A DNA stretch of 64,000 nucleotides from assembly GCA_002633005.1 (NCBI GenBank), contig NMRA01000147.1, forward strand, positions 434,001-498,000. Direction: 5' to 3'. A program made the translations under genes and the position numbers. Positions 37,350 to 48,179 of the stretch are shown one piece after another. The stretch comes from Phoronis australis (Eukaryota; Animalia; Phoronida). The notes beneath the pieces were generated by a model, which did not search any database, was not told the origin of the DNA, and saw nothing but the letters and a program-made list of their open reading frames with translations. Position 1 is the first letter of the stretch. Every line of letters starts with the position of its first letter.

Positions 37350-40300
37350 TAAGCAGCATTTCTTCACTCAGGGTGCACACTTTTGTTTCAGAAATGGCAT
37401 TTTATAAAGTTTTAATTTCAGTGTTGAGTCTTCTTTTATTGGATTCAACATGACAAGGGGAATATCAAGTTAAATTTTTGTGAAGTATCCACATTTAGTT
37501 TTTAAGATTTGGCCTGTAGAAATAACAAAAATAAGAAATGTGGGCTACGGAGAATACATCATTGGTATCGTTACATCCATGTTGGAAAAGACTTACCGTA
37601 TTCGCCGTAATAACTGCCCAGGGCGCTTAGAAAAGTTCGGTTCGGGGGGGGTGCTTATTATAACCCAAGAAGGTTGAAACCTGGTCTCCGAAACGGGTGA
37701 AATCGGAAGCTAAGATTCATCTGATTTACTCTCTGTGACATATCTGTAATCTATGAAAGACTTTCAACAAAACTGTGGTACATCACTATCAAACTCTGCT
37801 GCTAAATTACGATCATTTTACAGAAAATTGTGCTGAAATCCCAGGGGCGAAAACTCGCCGACTGACTGCCGCGAAATCAAGACGGCGACTTCAATGCTTG
37901 AATAAAAATAGTTTCGACTCAAGCAAATTACCTGAAATCTTCATTAAGTTTTCTAAGTAGCGTCCCTAAGATTTTTTTTAAGTTCCGGTGGAGTCTGGAT
38001 TAACGGCAGGTTTAAGTACAAATCTGTGCAACATTGTGCCATCTACATGTTTGATCAGCAACACGGCGAGAAAAATGTCTGGACTACACATGTTTTTGTC
38101 ACGTGACGTTTGTTTTAAAGTTTGTCTGCATTTGTGAGTAAGCGAGCGCGTGCATGTCACCAGAGTTCATTTGCCAAAGCAGAGACCGTCTTTTGGCCAG
38201 AGCCACGCAATCTAATGAGCTAGATGTGCATTGTGTCTAAAGAAATTTGCACAAGCAGTAGGCCTAAACCAGAGCGTGTTTCATTCAACACCTGCCGGTC
38301 TCATGTGCTAAAAATTTTCAACATTTGTCTCCGTAAGGCCCATATTAGTCTCCGTGTAGCTGGATGCGTACGTAACTATCTGACAGTTATTTTTCGGTGT
38401 AAGGGTGTGTAAGCATTCACTGTTAGTTGTCATTTTATCGCATATTCGGCTTAAAAATCCCAATTATGGTTAATCAAACAATCCATCTCAAAAATAACGC
38501 AAACATGTTTCATGGTATTAGAAATTGTCGGAAATTAGTGCCAATATTCATTTCTTACCGATGCTATGCTACCCGTTTCATGAATGGATAGTTCCCGACT
38601 AATTTCTTTGATGACAGGTTCATATATGTAGCGCGCGCTTCCTGGCCACGTGTGTTTAACACCGAGTTATTTTTATTCATGAGACAGTCGATGTGTCTGT
38701 ACTGAAAGGTCAGACCATAGTGGGACACGGTCGTCACGAGAGTAGCAACGCTGTTGTGTTCTTTTTGAAGCACTGCGTTACTTTGAAGTACCATAGTCAC
38801 GGCTAAATACAAACGTAGCAGTGCCGCTGGTGGTCTAGAAGACCCGTGCAAATTTTTTTTGATAAATTGAGGACGTTACTGTAGCCGAGTTTTAGGACTG
38901 TAGGTACGTCATTGTTCGCATGTACACGTTCATGGACTGGGCACTTATTTCAGCAAAGTCTGAAAACGGAATTTGAAAAAGATAGCTTTAAAATTGAGGG
39001 AGGAGTAGCATTTTGAAAATTATATGACCTTTGCACCAAACGACCTCTTCCGGTGCAATATGGAATATGATTATATAACCAATCAAAATTTATATACTGT
39101 CAAAAGTCATTTGCTGAATTTAAAGACCGTACCTGCACCAAATTTGGAGTTATTAAGCCTCAAAGTTGGTCGGAAGAAGAATAAGAAGAAGAATAAGAAG
39201 AATAAGAATAAGAATAAGAATAAAATTGAAGAAAACCCAGGAACAACAGTACTCTGCGCTTACGCGCGCAGAGTAAAAATACTGGAGCAATGCAATAGAA
39301 TTCATTTACTTGTCAATACTACTACTTCTGAATTACAAAAAACAGTTGTGTTTAGATAAAGGGAGATAATACCGCCTTAATTTTCTTCACACTTGTGCAA
39401 ATACAAAAATATAACATAATGGAAATTAAAATTTTATCCCAGGACATACTCAGCTCTTAACTATCATCAGAGTCACATCACCATCAATGGGATGCCTATT
39501 TCCATCAACTACCTTCAAAGAAATACAGGAAAGCACTTTTCATCATCAGGAAACATTGAATGCATAAATCTCACATAACACAGAGGTCATGGATAAGGGC
39601 TATGGATAATACGAAATATGCAGATACCTGTTTATAAGAGGATGAACACTTGAGCAATGCAATACAACTCATTTACTTGTTAATACAAACACTTCTGAAT
39701 GACCAAAGAACATTCGTGTTTTATTAATAACGAGTTTAAACTGAAAAAGTAATTTTAGCTAAACTTGCCTCAGATTCCACCCATAAATATTTTTTTAAAT
39801 TGTTCTTGTCTTGGATCTAGTTTATTTGTTTCTATTGCCTCAGTACATGCACCTAGATACAAGTTTTTTCAAACCATGTACTAACAATTCAAAGTTGGGG
39901 CTACGGAAAATACGAAACAATTTTTGCTTATGGTCAATTCAAATCCAGGTCTTGGTCTAATATTTTTTGTGGGCCAAAGACAGCTTCAAGATTCCCAATG
40001 TGCAGTATCAAATGTCTTTTATTTATGGAAGAATTTAATGGGATTCAGATAGGGCTACGGAGAATACACAGTTTTTCTTAGGCGACTGTGATATTTGGTT
40101 GAGGAATCCAATCACTAGGACATCTGGTACAAAAATGTGGTTTCTAAATCAAATTCTATATACCATCAACCATTAAAAACACAGTTCAAAACACTAGTAA
40201 TGCTTTTCTTTTTCAGACATGGCTGTAAGAGAAGGAGCATATGCAAATTTCCATGTTTTGCATAACATTGACATCATGTTGCAAGTGTGCCTGAAAATTG

Positions 40301-40640
40301 TGTTTGAATTTACAGTTCCCTGCAATCACCTGAAGAAAAACAAGAAATACATGTTGGGATCATGAAAAAACATTGAATTTCAATTAAATGTGTGATTTAA
40401 TTAAATGCCATGTGTATTAAAAACATGCAATGTTTCCGTGAAACAATATAATGATGGATTTGTCTATTTTCAGCTATATCAAGGATTACTCTGGCCATAA
40501 TTAACATTTTTTCATACTTTAAAATGCGTAAATGTCATGAGTACCTGTGCTAAAACAAGATCATCATACAAATATCTGCCAAAAGTGAAAGAATTCTGTC
40601 AATATGATTGCATAACATAAAAAAGCTAAATTTGCACCCT
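37350..40640 (+). mobile_element. Second, truncated copy of the Sola2-like element, interrupted by insertions at about 37595-39275
   Basis: 37350-37595 matches 32850-33085; 39280-40640 matches parts of 33200-34800. Confidence 0.75.
39020..39277 (+). mobile_element. Short HINE-like 3' end with (AAGAAT)n microsatellite and terminal hairpin
   Basis: (AAGAAT/AAG)n at 39174-39222, then TACTCTGCGC-TTACGC-GCGCAGAGTA hairpin. Confidence 0.65.
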
Positions 40641-40839
40641 GAGTGAAAAAATGCCGAAGGTCTGCAGAAAGGCTGCATCACAGCTGGCTGTTCTACAATG
40701 ACTGTCACCTGTTCTTGACTTTACCTCAAGCACGGCAATTTTTAATTGTTTTATATCATACCATTTCACTTATTGTAATATTTGTTGCAGACGTGCTTCC
40801 GGTGAATCATACGAGCCTCTGTTAGCCACTCACTCAGGC

Positions 40840-41290
40840 AATTGCGTATTAGCTGAATGGTTAAGCACACACGGTTTTATCGAGGTCGCTGGTTCGATTC
40901 CCTGGTGGTAATCTCAGCTATTACTGCATATTGTTTGGCCCTTTTGTGGCTCAACACTCTCCAGCAAACTCGAAAACCTTTAGTACAGGGCTCTGAAATT
41001 TTTTTGTTTTATCTGGATTTTGCTAATAGGTGTGAGGGTTTTTGAGGTCGGGCATTCCCTTGACCTTGGGCGTAAGCGCTCTGTTCTGGTGGGTCGTGCA
41101 CCACTTGTCTCCCACTTTTATGTGGGACCTGTTTGAGGTGAAAGAAACCCCGTACAATTTGAGATCACGTGAGTCATTTTATGCCAGTCATGTTCGAACC
41201 GTTAGGTATGGGCTAAAGTCTCTCCGATCTTGTGGTGCGCGTCTGTGGAATTCTCTACCCAGACAAATTAGGAAGAATCAATAACGATTC
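40840..41290 (+). mobile_element. tRNA-derived SINE-like head followed by an L2/CR1-type 3' fragment
   Basis: TAGCTGAATGGTTAAG...GGTTCGATTCCC; downstream PYNLRS...VRTVRYGLKSLRSCGARLWNSLP. Confidence 0.55.
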
Positions 41291-41459
41291 AACAAGAGAA
41301 ACGTGTACCGTCATTTTGCACAAGCTATATGTTTTACTCTGAAAACTGTCACACACACAGTAATGAATGTAACAAGGAACACGCTTAAATGATTATGAAC
41401 AATCCCAAAAGCAGTAAGAGCGAATTAAGATAAATTAAATAGGCTACTTCAATACTTAC

Positions 41460-41545
41460 AATTTGCAGGACCAAGAACTTCGCCCCTCGGTTGAGTCAAA
41501 ACTTTTGACAGCAGATGGCAGTTGCGAACATGCGCATTTCTTGGA
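41460..41545 (-). promoter_or_regulatory. Candidate promoter and non-coding first exon of the Mextli-like gene
   Basis: Strong donor ATT|GTAAGTA at 41460/41459, CpG-containing segment with an NRF1-like TGCGCATGTTCGCA; inference only. Confidence 0.35.
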
Positions 41546-42245
41546 ACGAAAATTGGTGAATGGAACAGTCCACACCAGGAAGACCGGGGGTGATTTGGAA
41601 ACAATGTTTTGTCCTAGAGCAAGACTATGAAACTATTTATTTACAGACATGTTAAAAATATTATTTAACATCACTAGAGCCTATTGCAAGAACATTGCTG
41701 TCGCATTAAAAACTTGCAGGACTAAAATTTCATGCAGACTGTCAGTTGGTAACACTTCCGGTCCCCTCAACTTCTAGGACAGACTAACACCTCGCTGGTT
41801 CTGCCGTGCCTAGCCACCAAGCGTGCTGGCTACTGACCACCTAGCGGCACGCAGGGAACCAGCAAGAGACTAACACATGGTTTTATAGTCCACGTTCGCG
41901 TTCTCACGAACACTACTCGGAGAGCGATCTTTTTTTCTTGAATCATATGACACTTCGTTACTCGACTAGACTGAATTTCGTGTCCGCTAAGTTTTTTCTC
42001 ACCAATCTGTTCCTCATCTGATCGTGAACCTGCTATCCGACAAGCACCTTAGCACACAAGCGGCCGCTACGAACCCGCCCTACGTCCAGAGCAGTAGGGA
42101 ACCGGAAAGCGGTGTCGAGGCGGGAATGGGCCGGAGTGGCACGTGCCCCCCCATAATCTCCAGATCTTAGGATGAACCCCTTGTGCTCCGACATAGTCTC
42201 AGTGCCGGGGGCCATATATCACAAAACAAATAAAACGTCAAGACA

Positions 42246-42393
42246 CAGGGGCGGATCCAGGATTTTTAGTTGGGGGGTAGGACATAGTATTAGCCAGGAT
42301 TTTACTCGTCAGACATTCGCACCCCCCAATTGCCAGGGAATCTGGGAGAGTTTTAGGGGGGGCATGGCCCCCTNNNNTCTAAATCCGCCACTG
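42246..42393. mobile_element. hAT5-like MITE
   Basis: CAGGGGCGGAT / ATCCGCCACTG TIRs with a 5-bp AGACA TSD. Confidence 0.8.
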
Positions 42394-42426
42394 AGACAAT
42401 TTAATATATGATATCAAGTATGCCTA

Positions 42427-42789
42427 CCGGGGTTTTCCGTAGATAAGCCCACCCGATGAAACTACCATGGGAGTTTATTTGGTGTTACAACTTTGGTGTC
42501 AAGTGTCCAGACAGTGGGACGTTTATTTTAATTTTTTCTCTTAAAAGCCCCCTCAGCGTCAACTTTTTGTCACAAATTCAGTTTTGTGGAGCATTTATCA
42601 TTTATAAAAACGAACAAGGCGTTGGCGAAATGTGCATTTATTAGCAAAAATTTAAAAACGCAATTTTAAGTAAAATAGTGTCAAGTCAAGCAAAACTATG
42701 GCTTTCCGTTTGCACGCCCCATTTTCCGACGCCTGAAAATTTTCATTTTCCGAATACACGCCCATGGGCTTATCTACGGAAATTCCCGG
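42427..42789. mobile_element. TA-flanked MITE (Tc1/mariner-pogo-like)
   Basis: CCGGGGTTTTCCGTAGATAAGCCCA / TGGGCTTATCTACGGAAATTCCCGG TIRs, TA on both sides. Confidence 0.8.
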
Positions 42790-43542
42790 TATCAGTGTAC
42801 CTTGTATACTTATCCCTTGGGGGCTCTCAGCTGGCCAGAACATTTTTGCTGGTGAGAGTTTCATTTTTCAGTCTACATCGTCTAAACGTATCGTGGTCTC
42901 AATCAAAAACACTTTAAAAAGTCCGAGGAATGAAACTTTTATGCCTATATTCCAGAAAAAAAACGGATTAAAAATATCAGAATTAAAGAAACAGTTTTTA
43001 TTGAATGCACAACTATTTCTCCAGGACCCTTCTCCAGCCTGAATAACAGAGCCACCTGCGGATCTTTTTTCCGTTTTTTTGAATTTCTGCATCACGTATT
43101 ATAAATTGGGAACTTTGCACTGACGAACGCAAGCATTATGAAGTTATATGTGCTTTCGTATTTATGGTCCCCACGTACCTATCGAAGGAAGTCCGTTGCT
43201 AGCTTCGATGGCCAACATTTTCTTGCTTTTATTTATAGCCTTTCTTCTTAACGTAGAAAATTGTACTATTTCACTACAACAGTAACAGAGACAACCGCTG
43301 ATTCCTGGCCCAAAAGGAAAGTCACTTGTAGTGTCACCAGGCGACAGACTTAGCTGACACTCTATTTCACTTTCTTTTTATTTAGCATTTCACATGGAGA
43401 CCCTGGGTTGATGAAGATAAAGTTATTCGTAGGAAACTCGCATTGTTGATCAGACGGTAGGGCACAAGCGAAATAACCATGGCACTGACAAGGTTTAAGC
43501 CTAGAGGGCTCGAAAAGTATGAGGCGCCGAAAAAGGGAAGTC

Positions 43543-44202
43543 TTAAAGAGGCCTGGAATACGATAAGCAGACTGAATATTGCAACACTGAAAGTGGTCTC
43601 GCTGGTTCCCCGCGTGCTTAGCCCAGCCAGCGTGCTGGCGCGGCTACCGCCCCACCTAGCGGCACGCAGGGAACCAGCGAGTGAAAGTGGTTAGCTGCCA
43701 CTAAAACTGAATTCAACCTGCTCATCATGTATATTTAGGGTTTGTTCGTAAAGACTTTTGTTCTGTTGATATCAAAGCATTTTCTTTTAGTTTCAAATTT
43801 TAAAAATAAAATGATCTGTCAACTGCTCGCCACTACGTCGATTTTTCTCCCACACAGCAAAGCCCGTCTCCTTGTTTGGAATGGCAAGACTTATAAATGT
43901 AATAAATGTAACACATTTCTCTAAAAGGAATACGTAACCTTTGACCTCAAGTGACTTCAAGCAACTTCACTGTGAGCGCATGCTCGCATTTATCACAAAT
44001 GGGAGGGCGATCAGAAACCTTGCGGTAACCTAAGTTTTCCTTCGCACATATTTCAAAAGTCGTGAATTTTGTATTTTTTTTTCTGAAATTTCCTCTCTGG
44101 GGCATTGAATTACTCTGTACTAGACGTTGTGAGATGGCACTTTCGTGGAGAATTGTTTAAAATAAGATATTTTTACGAGCTTTCGCGTGCCATGCCTCTT
44201 GA
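43543..44202 (+). mobile_element. Kolobok-like MITE with a nested hairpin mini-element (43597-43681); inverted relative at 50885-51814
   Basis: TTAA-AGAGGC start and GCCTCT-TGAA end; interior homologous to 50940-51810 on the minus strand. Confidence 0.65.
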
Positions 44203-44479
44203 AGACCAAGAGTAGCTTTATACTACCCATGATTTTAGGGTAGCGTAAAAATTCGCATTACGTGGGAAATTATAGTATGGAATTTAGTTTACATTTTATC
44301 AATTCAAGATTGTGAATTATAGCGTTCAATTCAGACAACCTATTAATTACATTCGCGGTCCAATTTGAAAAAGTATATACAGAGCTTCAAAAAGCGGGTG
44401 AACGGGTAACCCGTGAATATCAACGGAGGGAAATTGGTTTGCGACCGGTCACGAATCAAAGTTGCTAGCTATCGAAGAG

Positions 44480-45300
44480 TGTTAGAAATTTGAGACAACT
44501 GGTGGAAAAGAGGGGCGTGAATATGGTGGCGACCTATAGGTATTAAGGCTAGTGAAGACCAGGGACCACAGTGAGTTGTTCGTAGTGAAGACCAGGGACC
44601 ACAGTGAGTTGTTCGTAGTGAAGACCAGGGACCACAGTGAGTTGTTCGTAGTGAAGACCAGGGACCACAGTGAGTTGTTCGTAGTGACGAACAGAAAGTT
44701 GTCTCCTTTATCACTAATCTTTATCTTTCTACAGGCCTGATCAAGTATCGAAAACATTAAAGCTAAATATGCTGTTTAGTTGTCTAAAACCGGAAGTCGA
44801 ATTAGGCCTTTTACTTTCATGAAATCGGTCTCCTAATACGTTGGCGGGATTCTATTTGCTGTCTTTAGCAACAAGAACAACGATGTCATGCGCGACCTTT
44901 CTAAGAACCTCCGGAGGATAGTCACAGTTATTTATTAGCTTTGAGAGAAAAATCTTGAAACAGTTTTCATTCATTTTTGATTACTAATAGACCAAGGTGT
45001 TTGCATTCTATTGCGGGAGTCTTTTTAAGTTCCCGTCCTTTTGGGAAATAGTTCTTCGTCTTGAAGTTAGATAGAGTATTACAATGGTGTTGATATCTGT
45101 TGTGTTTGTCCACCGATGTCTTCGCTTGATTAAGCCTTTTTCCGTTCATGTTTCATCATCTAGGATTCACTTGATGGATGCTTCAGATTTGATAACAATA
45201 AATAACATAGAAAATAAATCCGAAATTAAATGAGGGGATTCAGATCCTCTGAAGGATACTTCGTCCGTTGTTTGACAAAATGCAGTATATAATTATTTAT
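44480..45300 (-). mobile_element. Degenerate Penelope-like 3' region (GIY-YIG C-terminus)
   Basis: FSILDQA...IKE...LNT pattern, heavily decayed. Confidence 0.4.
44551..44687. repeat. Perfect 33-bp tandem repeat x4 (AGTGAAGACCAGGGACCACAGTGAGTTGTTCGT)
   Basis: Directly visible; no spacers. Confidence 0.95.
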
Positions 45301-45889
45301 ATAAATAAAACAACAATAATGGATCAACTGAAATTTTCGGATATAATCACATCCTTTGTCAACAGAAACAGCAATAAAGTAAAATCAAACACGATATGAC
45401 AAATGACATCTGATATGCGGCGTAATGAACATGATAGATTGTTGTGGAAAAAAAAGGAAAGATAAAATCAAACGAAGTCTTTATGTTTAATCCAATGGGT
45501 ACATATCTATCCAAAACTGTTCTCTTTTGAGTCTCTGAGGGGTACTGGTGTGTTGGAGTTTTTCTATTATTTGTACAGAAAGATCTTGTAGATTATGGTT
45601 TTTGTAATTGAAATTATTATCTATAGTATCAGCAATGTTTTTATGTATTAAATTACTCAACATAATCTACAAAATGGAATGTATATCTTTGGCTACCAAC
45701 TGTGATGGTGCCCGCCTTCTTTACTCGAGGTCGTGGGTTGGAGTCCTACTGGGCCACACTGCTAGACCCTTGAGTCAGGTTTCTAGCTCCTCAGCTCGGT
45801 ATTAACTATTTATTAGTAAAGCACAAAAAATTTTCCAGGCGATCAGTGCAATGGGCCCACATGCGGGGCCTGCGCACGTTTGGTACAAC

Positions 45890-46215
45890 CGCCTGCAATT
45901 ATTTGTTTTTACAAACTGTATCATGAAAAACGATCCCAGTGTAAAGAGCTGAACTGATGGAGCTATTTAAATTTGCCACCACCAAAACCCATTTCCTATT
46001 TAATCAAACTTATAGTATAGCAATGGGTTCACCTTTGGCTCCCACATTAGCCGGCATGTTTTTAAGGTCACCATGAGAAAACATGGATTGAGACGTACGC
46101 TGGTCCTCATGTCTATTTCTATCGAAGATATGTGGATGAGATGTTTCATATATTTGATAATCAGCTCAGGAATTTTTGATATATTTAAACTCGAGGCATC
46201 CTAACTTGAAATCCA
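45890..46215 (+). mobile_element. Penelope-like RT fragment
   Basis: ATTKTHFLFN, IAMGSPLAPTLA, FYRRYVDE, YLNSRHPNLK, in broken frames. Confidence 0.75.
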
Positions 46216-47059
46216 GTATAGCACGGCCGTGTGAGTGTTTATGGTGTCTAAAGGATTAAGGTGCTGAAAATCGCTAATTGTAGTGAAAGTTTAATTCATG
46301 AACCACAACAGGCTACTATGACCAAACAACCACAATATCAAAAATGAATTTTGAGAGTTTCTTGGGGAAGGCCCAAACCGTGCAACGTCTTCCTTGCTCT
46401 GTGTGCTGCCCGTCAATTATCTGTGCGCACACCCAATGCCTTATTTGGTTAGCAATACCTTCGTCTTAACATCTTTGCCCAAATCTCGTGGGAATGATCG
46501 TCCCCCGCAAACCAAACCGTTGGTCGCCACCAAGGTTTCGCCCGTTCGGTATCTGCAATATTTGGGAAGGCACCCATACTCCCGCTTCTAATGGACAGGT
46601 ATGAAGGTGACTCCGGATAGAGAGCCGCGTCCAGAGCAGCACAATATGCCGGCACGCTGTGTCACGCATGAATATTGCTACGTCGTGTGCACCTAACATA
46701 AGAACCGGGCACACGCTATGTATCAAACTGTTCAAAAACATGTTTTTGTGAGAAAAGAATGCGGTTTAGAAGAAAACAATTGCTGTTCAAGAGGAAAGAG
46801 ACGTGCTTGTAATGAAAAAGGAAATGCCGCTCCCGAAAATGATATTTTTAGAATACGGCCATATTCAGTATTACTTCGGCGAGAAAAATGTCGCCATAGG
46901 CTTTTTCTCGGAAAGTCCAGCTCTATTGCTTTCAAACTAACACCATCACTACAAACTGCGTTTTAGACAGTTCTTGATTTCATTGACAATCCTATGTCAA
47001 AATCGCGTCAGTAGCACAGTGAGTCGTTTCTAAGGCGTCACGTTTGGGAGAGACCAAGA

Positions 47060-47277
47060 TCAAAGGTGGATCCGGAAGTGATGTCATTCACAAACCGGAA
47101 GAAAGTGGCAACAACGTCACAGTTTTTGCGCAATAGGTAATTGAAGCCGGAAGTGACGTCATTGTCACTTCCGGTTTGCGGATCACGTCAACTGACCTTT
47201 GACCCACAATCCCTGACCCTTGACACATGACCTTTGACCTTCCCAAACCTGTCGCTTAAAAAACTCCCTATACTACT
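47060..47277 (-). mobile_element. Polinton/Maverick-like terminal inverted repeat fragment
   Basis: The minus strand begins AGTAGTATAGGGAG..., followed by repeated AAGGTCA and CCGGAAGTGACGTCA motifs typical of Polinton termini. Confidence 0.65.
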
Positions 47278-48179
47278 CACGTCCTTTCGTTGAAAATACA
47301 CGGCAATATCTCACATAATCACACAAAATCTTGCCTTTTTCGTGATGTCCTAGCGTTAATGAACAATACACTGGTCTGCCTTCTAACGTGAACCAGTCTG
47401 ACACGTTTTTACTACGCATGAGCGACCCAATCAATCAAAATGTGAGACTAGTTTAAAGGCCAATAGCAATGAACCGAATCGAAATATGAAATTTGGAAAC
47501 TTGACGATTAATAGTTTTGAATTACACAAAGACATACAGGTACACGATGGTGTTTGAATGCATCACAAAAATATTTTCTCCCTAAATTTCACAGTGTTAA
47601 TATTTCTGTTAAAAATCGTTATCGTCAAAAGCATTACTTACGAAGTTCGAAGAATTGTTCCTGCAAACATGGATTAAACTGTCAGACATGAGTTTCGTGA
47701 GTGTCAGTCTACATGATTATGTATAAGCTTTACGGATTCAAGGTGTTGACAGTATTAAACGTATTTATTAGCGAAGGGCAGGTACCCATGTGTCTAGCTT
47801 GACGGGATACCTTGGAGTGTATTTTAGGTGGTTTCATTGGACGACGGCGTAGCGATACACGGATAATGTACTGCAAATAAAACGCCAAATACGGTACCGA
47901 CCATTTAAATTTAAATCAGTATTTTTGATCGATTCGTAGTAAAAGTCGTTGGTCACGTGCTAGCAGAATATAGCTGCGTGTTTTCGGACTTTTTGGTCAA
48001 TGGCGGAAGGGTTACACGTACTGTCACGGGGAGTCGAAGAAACACCGTTCTTGTAACACCAGTCACATTCCACTTTGTCGGCAGTTTGGCTTCAATAAGT
48101 GCAAACCGGCAACTCCTCTGATTATCTTGAACTGTCGCTTTTTGAATGTTTACTATGAAATATTCACTACATTAAATAT

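Noticed and set aside
44551-44687. CRISPR-like 33-bp repeats
   Set aside because: Perfect head-to-tail repeats with no unique spacers, no cas genes, and a eukaryotic context.
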